Shown here in pieces: positions 1-12,134 of a stretch of DNA of 64,000 nucleotides. This DNA is from a bacterium (GTDB lineage Bacteria; Patescibacteriota; Minisyncoccia; UBA6257; 2-01-FULL-56-20). The notes beneath the pieces are model-generated. The model was not told the DNA's origin, did no database searches, and worked only from the letters and a program-made list of their open reading frames with translations. Location: positions 1,584 through 65,583 of the forward strand of contig JAJXZE010000004.1 of the NCBI GenBank assembly GCA_021780195.1, given 5' to 3'. Made by a program: the position numbers and the translations under genes. The stretch's first letter is position 1, and each line of letters opens with the position of its first letter.

Positions 1-1
1 G

Positions 2-1207
2 AGCGCGGAGGACCTCGCGCCCTCCCTTGCGCGCCTCGCAAAATTCACCGGCATCACCTTCCGCCTCGGCGGACACCGCATGGAGGATTTCGAGGACCGC
101 GACATGATCGTGCGCGCCGCGGGAACGCCCTTCGACTCGCCGTACCTCGCGCACGCGCGCGAGCGCGGCATCCCCATCGAAATGGACGCTTCCCTCTTCG
201 CCGCGCTTTCCCCCGCGCGCACGGTCGGCATCACGGGCACGCGCGGGAAATCCACCGTCACGCATCTTGTGCGCGCCGCGGCCGAAGCGGCGGGCATGCG
301 CCCGCGCCTCGGCGGGAACGAACGCGGCGTGGCCACCCTACCGCTCCTCGAAACGACCGGTGCGCGGGACCTCGTGATCCTCGAACTTGATTCGTGGCAA
401 CTCCAGGGATTTGCGGAGGACAAGGTGAGTCCGCGCATCGCCGTGTGGACCAACTTCATGCGCGACCATATGAATTATTATCGAGGCGATATGGATCGCT
501 ACTTCGAGGACAAAGCCGCCGTCGCGCGATTCCAGAAACCCGGCGACATTTTCATCACCACGCCGGAGATAAAGGAGAAGATTGAGGCGCGCTTCGGCAT
601 GCTCGCAGGGACGGTGATTACGGACGTATTCTTCCCCGACGGCTGGGACCTCGCGCTCCCCGGCGCGCACAACCGCGCGAATGCGGGGTTCGCGCTCGCC
701 GCGGCGCGCGCGCTCGGCATCCCGGACGACACGTCGCGCAAGGCGTTCGCGGCATTCCGCGGCCTTCCCGGACGCCTGGAATTCCTCGGCGAGAAACGCG
801 GCATCGCTTTCTATAACGACTCGAATTCGACGACGCCGGACGCGGCGATCGCCGCCCTCCGCGCGCTCGGACGCGGGGGAAAGAATGGCGGCCTCATCCT
901 CATCGCGGGCGGGAGCGACAAAGACCTCGTGTTCACGGAGCTCGCGGCGGAGATCCCGCGGCGCGCCGCGCGGGCGGTGCTCTTCACTGGCGCGGCGACC
1001 GAAAAACTCCGCGCGCTCCTGCCGCCCGGATATCCCGCGGCGGCCGCGAACAGCATGGACGAAGCGCTCCGTGAAGCGCTCGCGGATGCCAGGACGGGCG
1101 ACACGGTCCTCCTCTCCCCCGGCGCCACCAGTTTCGGTATTTTCAAAAATGAATATGACCGCGGCGACCAGTTCCGCGACCTCGTGGCGCGCCTGCCGGA
1201 AAATTGA
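2..1207 (+). CDS. murD: UDP-N-acetylmuramoyl-L-alanine--D-glutamate ligase (5' truncated by window)
   Basis: Frame open from base 2; GITGTRGKST P-loop, LELDSWQL, DHMNYY, YNDSNST, LIAGG.DK and LLSPGATSF..F..RG motifs typical of MurD. Confidence 0.92.
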   Translation, partial: SAEDLAPSLARLAKFTGITFRLGGHRMEDFEDRDMIVRAAGTPFDSPYLAHARERGIPIEMDASLFAALSPARTVGITGTRGKSTVTHLVRAAAEAAGMRPRLGGNERGVATLPLLETTGARDLVILELDSWQLQGFAEDKVSPRIAVWTNFMRDHMNYYRGDMDRYFEDKAAVARFQKPGDIFITTPEIKEKIEARFGMLAGTVITDVFFPDGWDLALPGAHNRANAGFALAAARALGIPDDTSRKAFAAFRGLPGRLEFLGEKRGIAFYNDSNSTTPDAAIAALRALGRGGKNGGLILIAGGSDKDLVFTELAAEIPRRAARAVLFTGAATEKLRALLPPGYPAAAANSMDEALREALADARTGDTVLLSPGATSFGIFKNEYDRGDQFRDLVARLPEN

Positions 1208-1239
1208 AATCGGGACGCGAACGCGCTAGAATCGAGGGA

Positions 1240-1545
1240 ATGGCACACGACCTCACGAAGCGCGACCTCGAGCATCTGGCCGAGCTTTCACGCATCGCGC
1301 TCGACCCGCAGGAGGAGGAAAAACTCCTCAGGGATCTCGGGAACATCCTCGATCATTTCAAGGAACTCCAGAAGCTCGACGTGGCGGACGTCCCCCCGAT
1401 GACGGGCGGCACCGACCTCACGAACGTTTTCCGCAAGGACGGCGCGGCGCACGGCGGCACGGAAAACACGAACCGCGGCGCGGGCGTCTCTGCGTTCCCC
1501 GAAAAAGAGGGTGGCTATCTCAGGGTGCCGCCCGTCTTCGGATAG
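1240..1545 (+). CDS. gatC: Asp/Glu-tRNA amidotransferase subunit C
   Basis: HLAELSRI...L..IL.HF..L..LDV..VPP, ends YLRVPPV; directly upstream of gatA; ATG 7 nt after TAGAAT. Confidence 0.9.
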   Translation: MAHDLTKRDLEHLAELSRIALDPQEEEKLLRDLGNILDHFKELQKLDVADVPPMTGGTDLTNVFRKDGAAHGGTENTNRGAGVSAFPEKEGGYLRVPPVFG

Positions 1546-1577
1546 CCGCGCGCCGCGCGCCGATTACGCACTGCACT

Positions 1578-3038
1578 ATGGACCTCGACCATCTCACCAT
1601 TAAAAAATTCCACGAAGGGCTTCTCGACAAGCAATTCTCCGCGCTCGAAGCGGCGCAGGCGTTCTTCGCGCGTATCAAGGCGAGCGACGAAGCGATTGGC
1701 GCGTATCTTTCGACCGCGGAGGAATCCGCCGCGCGCGAGGCGGAAGCGGTGGACGTCGCGCTCGCGAAAGGCGACGACGTGCCGACGCTCGCGGGCATCC
1801 CCCTCGCGATCAAGGATTGCATCCTCGTGAAAGACCTTCCCGCGACCTCAGCATCGAAGATGCTCGAGCGATACGTCGCAAGCTATGATGCGGGCGCGAT
1901 CGCCAGATTGAAAGAAAGGCGCGCGGTCTTCCTCGGCAAGACCAATATGGACGAGTTCGCCATGGGATCTTCCACGGAGAACTCCGCCTTCAAAAAAACG
2001 CGCAATCCGCACGACCTCTCGCGCGTCCCCGGCGGTTCGTCCGGCGGGTCCGCGGCGGCCGTCGCCGCGCATATGGCCGTCGCTTCCCTCGGCTCGGACA
2101 CCTTCGGTTCCATCCGCCAGCCGTCCGCATTCTGCGGCGTCGTCGGTTTCAAACCGACGTACGGCGCGGTCTCGCGTTCCGGCCTTATCGCGATGACTTC
2201 GAGCATGGACCAGATCGGTCCCATCACGCAGACCGTGGAAGATGCCGCGATCATGTTCGCGGCGATCGCGGGACGCGATCCCGTGGACGCCACGAGCTCC
2301 GAAACGCACTATGACGAAACCGCGCTCACGAATCCCGACCTCGGCGGGATCAGGCGCCTGCGCATCGGCCTCCCCGAGGAATACTTTGTCGACGGTCCCG
2401 ACCGCGAGGTGGGCGCCGCGATGGACGAGGCCATCAGGCGCATCGAAGGCCTCGGCCTTAAAACAAAAAAGGTCTCGCTTCCCCACACGAAGTACGCCGT
2501 CCCCGCGTATTATCTGAGCATGCCGGCGGAGGTGAGCTCGAACCTCGCGCGGCTCGACGGCATCCGCTACGCGCGCATCCCCGAAGTCGACCGCGACGCC
2601 AAAACGCTCCGTGATATTTATTTCAAGCAGAAGGGTATCGGCTTCGGCCCGGAGACCAAGCGGCGCGTGATCCTCGGCGCCTTCGTACTTTCCTCCGGAT
2701 ACTACGACGCGTACTACGACCGCGCGCAGAGGGCGCGGACGCTCATCGCCCGCGACTTCGACCGCGTCTTCGAGGACGTCGACGTCCTCATGACGCCCGT
2801 CACCCCCACGCCCGCGTTCAAAATCGGCGAAAAAACGGACGACCCCCTGGCCATGTACCTCTCGGACGTCTTCACCGGCCCCGTGAATCTCGCCGGCCTT
2901 CCCGCGATCTCGATCCCGGTGAAGCCGTACCCCTACCCGGGCGGCGGGCGCGAACTCCCCATCGGCTTCCAGCTCATCGGAAAAAAATGGCGCGAGGCGG
3001 ATATCCTCGGCCTCGGCCAGTACTACGAAAGGATATAA
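1578..3038 (+). CDS. gatA: Asp/Glu-tRNA amidotransferase subunit A
   Basis: Amidase signature GKTNMDEFAMGSSTENS, PGGSSGGSAAAV, SIRQP, YYDAYY, MYLSDVFT. Confidence 0.95.
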   Translation: MDLDHLTIKKFHEGLLDKQFSALEAAQAFFARIKASDEAIGAYLSTAEESAAREAEAVDVALAKGDDVPTLAGIPLAIKDCILVKDLPATSASKMLERYVASYDAGAIARLKERRAVFLGKTNMDEFAMGSSTENSAFKKTRNPHDLSRVPGGSSGGSAAAVAAHMAVASLGSDTFGSIRQPSAFCGVVGFKPTYGAVSRSGLIAMTSSMDQIGPITQTVEDAAIMFAAIAGRDPVDATSSETHYDETALTNPDLGGIRRLRIGLPEEYFVDGPDREVGAAMDEAIRRIEGLGLKTKKVSLPHTKYAVPAYYLSMPAEVSSNLARLDGIRYARIPEVDRDAKTLRDIYFKQKGIGFGPETKRRVILGAFVLSSGYYDAYYDRAQRARTLIARDFDRVFEDVDVLMTPVTPTPAFKIGEKTDDPLAMYLSDVFTGPVNLAGLPAISIPVKPYPYPGGGRELPIGFQLIGKKWREADILGLGQYYERI

Positions 3039-3045
3039 TTGAAGC

Positions 3046-3651
3046 ATGGCCATCGTTATCCCCTCATCCCTCGCCGCTACGCTCTCGTCGTCCACCGCCG
3101 CCGCGGAAAAGCTGAGCGGCTCCGCGGCCTCCGCGTATGGCGCGGGGCTTCCGTGGTTCGAGTTCGCAAGCGCCATATTCACGACGGCGGCCTTCGCCAT
3201 TGCGATCTATTTTCTCCTCAAGACGGGATATATCCAGCTCCGCATCGACCGCGTCAGGAACGTCATCCTCCAGAAAGATTCCGTGAAGTTGCGCGTGCGT
3301 TCGTCGTGGGACGATATCGAACGCCATTTCTTTGCGGGCGATGATAACGATCTCCGGATCGCGCTCATTGAAGCGGATGCGATTCTCGACGAAGCCCTGC
3401 GCGGCGCGGGCGTCCAGGGCGCCCAGCTCGGCGACCGCCTGAAAAAGGTGAGACCCGACCAACTCCCGAACGTGGAGGACGTCTGGCAGGCGCACAAACT
3501 CCGGAACCGCATCGCGCACGAACCGACCCTCTCGCTCAAGAGGGACATTGCCGAAAAGGCGCTCACGATATACGAAACCGCGCTTCAGCACCTCGGATTC
3601 CTCGATCCGGGCGCCGCAGGACTTACTGAACCTACGGAGTCGTCGACGTAG
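3046..3651 (+). CDS. Membrane-anchored hypothetical protein with HEPN-like RxxxxH motif
   Basis: One TM helix, then helical domain ALIEADAILD...GDRLK...WQAHKLRNRIAHE. Confidence 0.7.
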   Translation: MAIVIPSSLAATLSSSTAAAEKLSGSAASAYGAGLPWFEFASAIFTTAAFAIAIYFLLKTGYIQLRIDRVRNVILQKDSVKLRVRSSWDDIERHFFAGDDNDLRIALIEADAILDEALRGAGVQGAQLGDRLKKVRPDQLPNVEDVWQAHKLRNRIAHEPTLSLKRDIAEKALTIYETALQHLGFLDPGAAGLTEPTESST

Positions 3652-4726
3652 TCGTGGTTGCGGGGATCATCGGGGCGGCCGCGCTTGACGTTGCCGCAGG
3701 GGCCGTCGTCGTGGCGCCGAGTACCGCACCGTTCACCGCGGTCACGGTGAGATACTGCGAGCCGGGGACGTGCGTCCCGGCGAGCGTCACCGTGGTCGTC
3801 GTTCCTGCGAGCGGCTTCAACGCCGCCGCCGTGTTTGCATCCTTGGAATTTTCCACATAGGCCACGATCCCGTACGGAGTCGTGAGGAAGTAGAGCGACC
3901 GGCCCATCGCGAGGCGCCCCGCGAGCGTCACGGTTTCCGTCGCATTTTGGGCGCCGGCCCACGCGGGTGCCGTTGCCGCAAAGGAGAGATTCGCACCGAG
4001 GAGAGCGTTCGCGTCTGTCATCGAAGCAACCTGCGCCGCAAGCGCCGTGTTCGACGCATTCAGCATCGACACCTGGTTTTGCAAAGACGTCACGTCCGAG
4101 CCGACCGAAGCGCTCGTTCCGCCGATCGCCGCCACCTGGGACGCGAGCCCCATATTCTGGAAATAAAGCCATCCGGAAAAACCCGCAAGCGCCACGATGA
4201 TCACGATGCCCACGATCATCATAAGGGGGCTCCGCTTCTTGGTCTCGGTCATCATTCCCTGCGCACCTCCGAAAGACATGCCGGCCGCCGGTTTTGAAAA
4301 TATTTTTTCCGCCTGCGCCTGCGTTTTCCCGGAGTTCATTCCGCCGCCGAACGATGCGGAAGACGACGAGACGAGGTCGCTCACCCTGATCGATTGCGGG
4401 GCAACCTCCTTCGGTGCGGCAGAGCCGCTTCCGGCACCGACATTGATTGAAATCGGCCGTACGCCCCCCATCGGAGAAGCCCCGAGCGGAGAATTACCGA
4501 GCGGCTTCGCCGATGCGGATGCCGCCAGGCCAGAGGACGACGCGGGCGACACCGCGGAAACCGCCGGGCCCGATGACGCCGCCATGCCGCCGTCCATTTT
4601 TTTTAGCGTGTCGTCGACATCCGCCGCCGCCCACCCTGCACCGACAAGCGCCGCCTTTATCGCGTCGCGGGAAACCCCCATCTTCACCTGCGAGGAGATG
4701 TACTCCTCAAGTTGTGGTTGGACCAT
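3632..4726 (-). CDS. Hypothetical single-pass membrane protein (small N-terminal helical domain, low-complexity linker, coiled coil)
   Basis: ORF; LEEYI...G.SRDAIKAALVGAGW N-terminus, central TM helix, Thr/Ala-rich tail; start chosen from TATAAT-N6-ATG. Confidence 0.7.
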   Translation of the reverse strand: MVQPQLEEYISSQVKMGVSRDAIKAALVGAGWAAADVDDTLKKMDGGMAASSGPAVSAVSPASSSGLAASASAKPLGNSPLGASPMGGVRPISINVGAGSGSAAPKEVAPQSIRVSDLVSSSSASFGGGMNSGKTQAQAEKIFSKPAAGMSFGGAQGMMTETKKRSPLMMIVGIVIIVALAGFSGWLYFQNMGLASQVAAIGGTSASVGSDVTSLQNQVSMLNASNTALAAQVASMTDANALLGANLSFAATAPAWAGAQNATETVTLAGRLAMGRSLYFLTTPYGIVAYVENSKDANTAAALKPLAGTTTTVTLAGTHVPGSQYLTVTAVNGAVLGATTTAPAATSSAAAPMIPATTTTSTTP

Positions 4727-4764
4727 GCCTCTATTATAGCGCGTCGCACGGCAAGCCGCGCTGT

Positions 4765-4845
4765 GCATAAAGGAAAGCCCAATGCTCTTTTCCAGCCATT
4801 AAAAAGAGCCCATGTCCGGAAAAGAGCATTTGGCTTTCCTTGTGC
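4765..4845 (-). repeat. Long imperfect inverted repeat (hairpin) downstream of tRNA-Asp; apex CATGGGCTCTTTTTAATG on minus strand
   Basis: Arms 4765-4793 and 4818-4845 are near-perfect reverse complements; apex 4797-4814 identical to 19231-19248. Confidence 0.85.
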
Positions 4846-4909
4846 GAATCTTGACCCGACACTTCCTCGCTTGAAGTACGGGCTTCATCGACGATGATTA
4901 TTATTCCTG

Positions 4910-4984
4910 CGGGCCGGACGGGATTTAAACCCGTGGTCTACCCCGTGACAGGGGGTCGTGTTAATCAGGCTACACCACCGGCCC
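4910..4984 (-). tRNA. tRNA-Asp(GTC)
   Basis: Cloverleaf GGGCCGG/CCGGCCC, anticodon arm ACCCC-CTGTCAC-GGGGT, T-arm ACGGG-TTTAAAT-CCCGT; CCA not encoded. Confidence 0.9.
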
Positions 4985-5009
4985 ATTTACTCCGCTCACA
5001 GGGAAAATT

Positions 5010-7650
<2,641 letters not shown>

Positions 7651-7678
7651 GGGGGTGGGGGTGGGATCGGGAGTGCGG

Positions 7679-8317
7679 TCAGCACGAAGACGTGGGTCCC
7701 GCGAGGCAGTCAATGCTCCGCGCGCTTATGGTCGTCTGAATATTCGTGACGTCGCTCTTCACCGCCGGATCAGTGGAGTTCGGGCTCACCCCCATGGACA
7801 TCGTGATGCGCGGGTTCCAGTGGTCGCCCTCCTGATTGCCGAAGATGGTAAAGGAGAGCGTGTCCACCGTGACGTCGGGACTCGTGATCGCCTCCTCCGC
7901 GCCGCCGTCCTCCTGCCGCATGAGCACGCCGTTCACCAGGGAATATTTCACGTGGATACCCTGGGCATTGAAGAAGGCCAGCAGATCGCACGTCATAAGG
8001 TCGCCGTTGCCCGCAATTGAACAGTCGGGCAGGTTCGTCGCCGGATTCGTCCCGGCGCACGCCGGGTCGACAAGCGACGCCCCCGCGGTGTTGCCCGGCT
8101 GGTCACAGAAGAGATACCCCGTGCGGATTTCCCGCGCCGCCTGCTCGATCGCGAGGCCGGCGTTCGATTGCGCGGAAATAAGCGAGGTGATCTGCCGCTG
8201 AGTGCGGAGCGCGTTCACGAACCCGCCGACCGCGACCGAAACGATGATCGAAAAGAGCGCGATCGCCACCAAGAGCTCGATCAAAGTGAATCCCCCGTTT
8301 TTGCGGTCGCGGTTCAT
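7679..8317 (-). CDS. Type IV minor pilin (PilW-like)
   Basis: GFTLIELLVAIALFSII N-methylation motif; REIR. Confidence 0.85.
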   Translation of the reverse strand: MNRDRKNGGFTLIELLVAIALFSIIVSVAVGGFVNALRTQRQITSLISAQSNAGLAIEQAAREIRTGYLFCDQPGNTAGASLVDPACAGTNPATNLPDCSIAGNGDLMTCDLLAFFNAQGIHVKYSLVNGVLMRQEDGGAEEAITSPDVTVDTLSFTIFGNQEGDHWNPRITMSMGVSPNSTDPAVKSDVTNIQTTISARSIDCLAGPTSSC

Positions 8318-8847
8318 GTGCGCCAGTTATAGAAATGGTCTTCCACGTTCACGCTCTGGTTCGTGATCGATCCCGTCGTCCAGTCCACAATGGAATTCAC
8401 CGTGATCTCATTCTGCGCCACCTTTACACGGATCAGCCGGGTAAAAGGCGTGGCAGTCCCCGTCTCGTAGTTATAGCGTCCGGTCGCGGCATCATACTTG
8501 AGCGGCGTGCCGGCATACGCCGGAAGCACGTACGGCCCCGTCGTGCCGATCGCATAATCGAATTCATAATCTCCGCCGTTGCCCTGGCTGAAGCTGTATC
8601 CCCATCCGTTCCCGTCATACCCGTCGTGATCGACGATATTCTTGGTGAGCTCGACTCCCTCGGAAGCGAGATATGTCGCGGTGAGTTCGTCCGCCGTCAC
8701 GTGGCTCAGGAAAAACGAACGGACAAGGAGCGTCGCAATGCCGATGAGTCCTATCGTAAGGATGCTCAAGGCCACCATCGCCTCGACGAGGCTCTGTCCT
8801 TTTCTCCTTTCCCCGAGGAACGGCGCGCGGGATGAAAGTGGATTCAT
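8314..8847 (-). CDS. Type IV minor pilin (PilV-like)
   Basis: KGQSLVEAMVAL prepilin motif; A.YLASEGVE. Confidence 0.8.
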   Translation of the reverse strand: MNPLSSRAPFLGERRKGQSLVEAMVALSILTIGLIGIATLLVRSFFLSHVTADELTATYLASEGVELTKNIVDHDGYDGNGWGYSFSQGNGGDYEFDYAIGTTGPYVLPAYAGTPLKYDAATGRYNYETGTATPFTRLIRVKVAQNEITVNSIVDWTTGSITNQSVNVEDHFYNWRT

Positions 8848-8854
8848 GCCGTTG

Positions 8855-9421
8855 TCAGAAGGTTACCTGCCCCGCGGGGCTCACCGTGATCGTGGTCGAC
8901 GCCGATCCGTCGACGGTTGAGAGGTGGACGTTCAGGGGCACCGCCGAGCCCGGAGGGAGAAAGGCGTCGCCGGTCAGACTAAGGAGCGTCGCGGGCGCGG
9001 GAGGATAAAAGAGCACCGCCCCGAGGCCGTCTCCGTTCCCCTGGACAAGACGCACTCCCGTCCCCGGACGCACCTTCCACGTACTTTGGGAATACGGCTG
9101 TTCGTTGGCGGTCGACAGCCCCGTGAGGGTCGTCGAAGCGACCGAAGGGCACGGTCCTCCGCCCGCGGGATCGTAGGCGAAGATCGAATACTCGTTGTCC
9201 GGCACGTCGATCGACACGCCGTAGCCGCAGATGCCGGGCGCCGTGCTGTAGGTCGCGATCGCGAGGTTCTTGGCGCGCAGAATGGTTTCCGCGATCTTCG
9301 CGGACTCCACCGAAAGCGTGATCTGATTCTGGGCGACGCCCGTATAGCCGAGCGCGATCGCCGAGAGCATCGCGGTGATGCCGAGGACGACCAGGAGTTC
9401 TATGATGGTGAATCCCTTCAT
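8855..9421 (-). CDS. Type IV minor pilin (FimT/GspH-like)
   Basis: MKGFTIIELLVVLGI prepilin motif; C-terminal ITVSPAGQV. Confidence 0.8.
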   Translation of the reverse strand: MKGFTIIELLVVLGITAMLSAIALGYTGVAQNQITLSVESAKIAETILRAKNLAIATYSTAPGICGYGVSIDVPDNEYSIFAYDPAGGGPCPSVASTTLTGLSTANEQPYSQSTWKVRPGTGVRLVQGNGDGLGAVLFYPPAPATLLSLTGDAFLPPGSAVPLNVHLSTVDGSASTTITVSPAGQVTF

Positions 9422-10293
9422 AGTCCTATTATACGAAAATACCAGGCGCTTGCGGGAAGAGCAAAAAAGAATACGAGGGCGGCGCCCGCGGCGAGGAACG
9501 GCGCGAAGGGAACCGCGCTTTTCATGGTTTTCCTCGCGCGGAGCACGAGCGCGATGCCGACGAGCGCGCCCACGATGAATGCGGCGCCGTAGACCGGGAG
9601 AATATCGGGCCAGCCGAAAAGGAATCCGAGCGGCGCGCCGATCGCGACGTCGCCCATCCCCATCCCCTTTCCCTTGGTCGCGAGAACGAGCAACCAGAAG
9701 AATCCCGCGCCGAAAACGGCGCCCGCGATACGACTCGTCCAGAAAGAGCCCGCGAGGCCGAAGAACCCCGCATACGGCCCGAGGAACGACCACTGCGCCG
9801 GGCCGAGCGAGGCGGCGGCGAATATGGACTCGAAGATGGCGATGACGGCGAGCATGACCACGAGCTCGTCGGGCACCACCTGGAGCCGGAGGTCAACATA
9901 GGCAAGGAGAAGCAGAACCTCGAACGCCGCGATCCAGAATGCGGAGAGCGCGTACCATCCGGTGAGTGCCGCGCCGGCCGGCGCCGCCGCGGCAAAGATC
10001 GGGGCCAGCGTCCACGGCACCGCGGCGAAGATCACGCCGGAGAGCAGTTCTACGAGCGGATACTGGATGCCGATCTTCGCGCCGCACGAGCGACAATGCC
10101 CGCGCTGAACCACCCAGGAAAGGACGGGTACGAGCTCGAACCACCGGAGCGTTTTTCTGCAGTGGGGACAGTGCGAGCGCCCGCCGATCACGCGCGGGTC
10201 AAAGACGGATGATGCACCGTCGTAGCGGAGCGCGAGAACGTTCAGGAAGCTCCCGATCGCGAGGCCGAAAAGAAAGAGGATGGGATATACCAC
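9418..10293 (-). CDS. pilD: Prepilin peptidase
   Basis: GSFLNV, RSHCPHC...L.WFELVPVLSW..QRG.CRSC, YPLVEL, GMGMGD, VPFAPFL. Confidence 0.93.
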   Translation of the reverse strand: MVYPILFLFGLAIGSFLNVLALRYDGASSVFDPRVIGGRSHCPHCRKTLRWFELVPVLSWVVQRGHCRSCGAKIGIQYPLVELLSGVIFAAVPWTLAPIFAAAAPAGAALTGWYALSAFWIAAFEVLLLLAYVDLRLQVVPDELVVMLAVIAIFESIFAAASLGPAQWSFLGPYAGFFGLAGSFWTSRIAGAVFGAGFFWLLVLATKGKGMGMGDVAIGAPLGFLFGWPDILPVYGAAFIVGALVGIALVLRARKTMKSAVPFAPFLAAGAALVFFFALPASAWYFRIIGL

Positions 10294-10330
10294 CTCATAA
10301 TTTTAACAGAAAAACAGGGAAAAGCCCCGC

Positions 10331-10849
10331 CTACAGCGTCAGGCAATAGTTCGGCGTCGCGCATCCGGAGAAAACGCCGTTGGTCGCGGTCGATGCTCCC
10401 GAGATGGTAAACCCGGTCGTATTCGGTGCCTGATAGCTCGAGAACACTGCGTTGCTCGTATTCTCGAGCGTCGCGGCGACGATATAACTCGTGCCTCCGC
10501 TCGTGGTGCCGTAGTAGTAGGTCCGGCCGGGAGTAGGATCGTTCGGAATGGTATTGACGCCGATGTTCGTGGTCGGACTCGTGAGCACCGATGCCATCTG
10601 TGCCCATCCGTTTGCGGTAATCTGCGTAAATCCGCCCGCGCCGCAGCCGACGTCGCCCGGGTAGAATCCGCACTTGTTGTAGTAAAGTCCGAGGCCGAGC
10701 ATGGTCTGCTGGAGGTCCGAGAGGCGGCGCGCGTCGCGGCCCGACGACTGCGTGGGACCGAGGCCGACAAGCACAACCGACGCGAGGATCGCGATGATCG
10801 CGACCACGATGAGGATTTCGATGAGAGTGAAGCCTTGTTTCTGTTTCAT
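10331..10849 (-). CDS. Major type IV pilin (PilA/GspG-like)
   Basis: GFTLIEILIVVAIIAILASV, RDARR.SDL, IPNDP. Confidence 0.88.
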   Translation of the reverse strand: MKQKQGFTLIEILIVVAIIAILASVVLVGLGPTQSSGRDARRLSDLQQTMLGLGLYYNKCGFYPGDVGCGAGGFTQITANGWAQMASVLTSPTTNIGVNTIPNDPTPGRTYYYGTTSGGTSYIVAATLENTSNAVFSSYQAPNTTGFTISGASTATNGVFSGCATPNYCLTL

Positions 10850-10896
10850 GGTTTCAGTATATCATAATCGGCCTTTCGCGCCGAAGGGCGGCGCTT

Positions 10897-12108
10897 TTAG
10901 TGGATATTTGCGGTTAAGCTGTAAATTGGGATAAGGATCGAGGCAAAGAGGAGCCCCACCAAAGCGCCGATGCCGATCATGAGGATCGGCTGGATGAGGT
11001 CCACGAGATTGCTCGTCACCTGGTCGGCCTCTCGCGTGTAGATCCCGGAAAGGCGCTTGAACATCTCCTCCGTCTTGCCCGTCGTTTCGCCCACCGCGAC
11101 CATCTGCGACACGAGCGAGGGGAAGAAATCGGGGTGCTTCGCGAGCGATTCGGAAAAGAGCTGGCCCTGGCGTACGCTCTCGGCCACGTCGTGGATCACG
11201 TCTTTATAGAGCACGTTCCCCACCATGTGGCTGATGATCTCGAGCGACTGGGCGATCGGCACGCCGCCGTGCACGAGGAGCGCCGCCGCGTTCCCGAAGC
11301 GCGCCATGATGACCGGCAAGTAGACCTTCTTCATGACGGGCAGGCGGAGTTTCAGGTCGTCCATGAGCGCGATGCCCTCGTCGGTCTGCACGTAATTCAC
11401 GAGCACGGCGCCGAGCGCCAAGACCGCCACGATGACCACGATCCACCACTGGGCGAGGAAATTCCCGGTCGAAAGGAGCACCTGGGTGTACCACGGCAAC
11501 GCCACATTGTTCTGGGCGAACACCGTCCCGATCGAAGGATAGACGAAGGTGAGCAGGATGAACGCCACGACGACGAAGAGACCGAGCACGATTCCCGGAT
11601 ACACGAGCGCGGACGACGCCTTGCCCGCGAGGTCGTTCTCCTTCTCGGTATAGTCGGCGAGAAAGCCGGCGACCTCGTCCATGTTCCCCGTCACCTCGGC
11701 CGCGCGGATCATCTCGACGTAAAACTCTGGAAAGGTCTTCCCCTGCCGTTCGAGCGCCTGGGAGAACGAAAGTCCCGAGTCGATATCCTCGGATACCTGG
11801 AAAAGCGCCTCCTTGAGGACCTTGTTCGTCGTCTGCTCGTGGAGCGTCCGGAGCGCGTTATTCAGCGGAAGGCGCGCGTCGAGGAGCGTCGCGAGCTGGC
11901 GCGTGAAGACGAGCATGTCCTTCCGGCGCACGCGGTTCACGAAGCCCGAAATACGCTCGGCGATCCCGATCGTATCTGACGATTCCACGGAGAGCACGAA
12001 AAGCCCGTGGTTCGTGAGGATCGCGAGCGCGTTGTCGCGGCTCCCGGCCTCCACGTATCCCACCTGTAATTCGCCTTCTTTTGTTTTCGCCTGGTATTTG
12101 AACTTCAT
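10897..12108 (-). CDS. pilC: Type IV pilus platform protein (GspF family)
   Basis: FTRQLATLL..., AAEVTG, ALVYP, MVAVGETTG, QPILM; two T2SSF domains. Confidence 0.93.
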   Translation of the reverse strand: MKFKYQAKTKEGELQVGYVEAGSRDNALAILTNHGLFVLSVESSDTIGIAERISGFVNRVRRKDMLVFTRQLATLLDARLPLNNALRTLHEQTTNKVLKEALFQVSEDIDSGLSFSQALERQGKTFPEFYVEMIRAAEVTGNMDEVAGFLADYTEKENDLAGKASSALVYPGIVLGLFVVVAFILLTFVYPSIGTVFAQNNVALPWYTQVLLSTGNFLAQWWIVVIVAVLALGAVLVNYVQTDEGIALMDDLKLRLPVMKKVYLPVIMARFGNAAALLVHGGVPIAQSLEIISHMVGNVLYKDVIHDVAESVRQGQLFSESLAKHPDFFPSLVSQMVAVGETTGKTEEMFKRLSGIYTREADQVTSNLVDLIQPILMIGIGALVGLLFASILIPIYSLTANIH

Positions 12109-12134
12109 GCCGTTGCCCTTCGCGCCGCGCCCGT

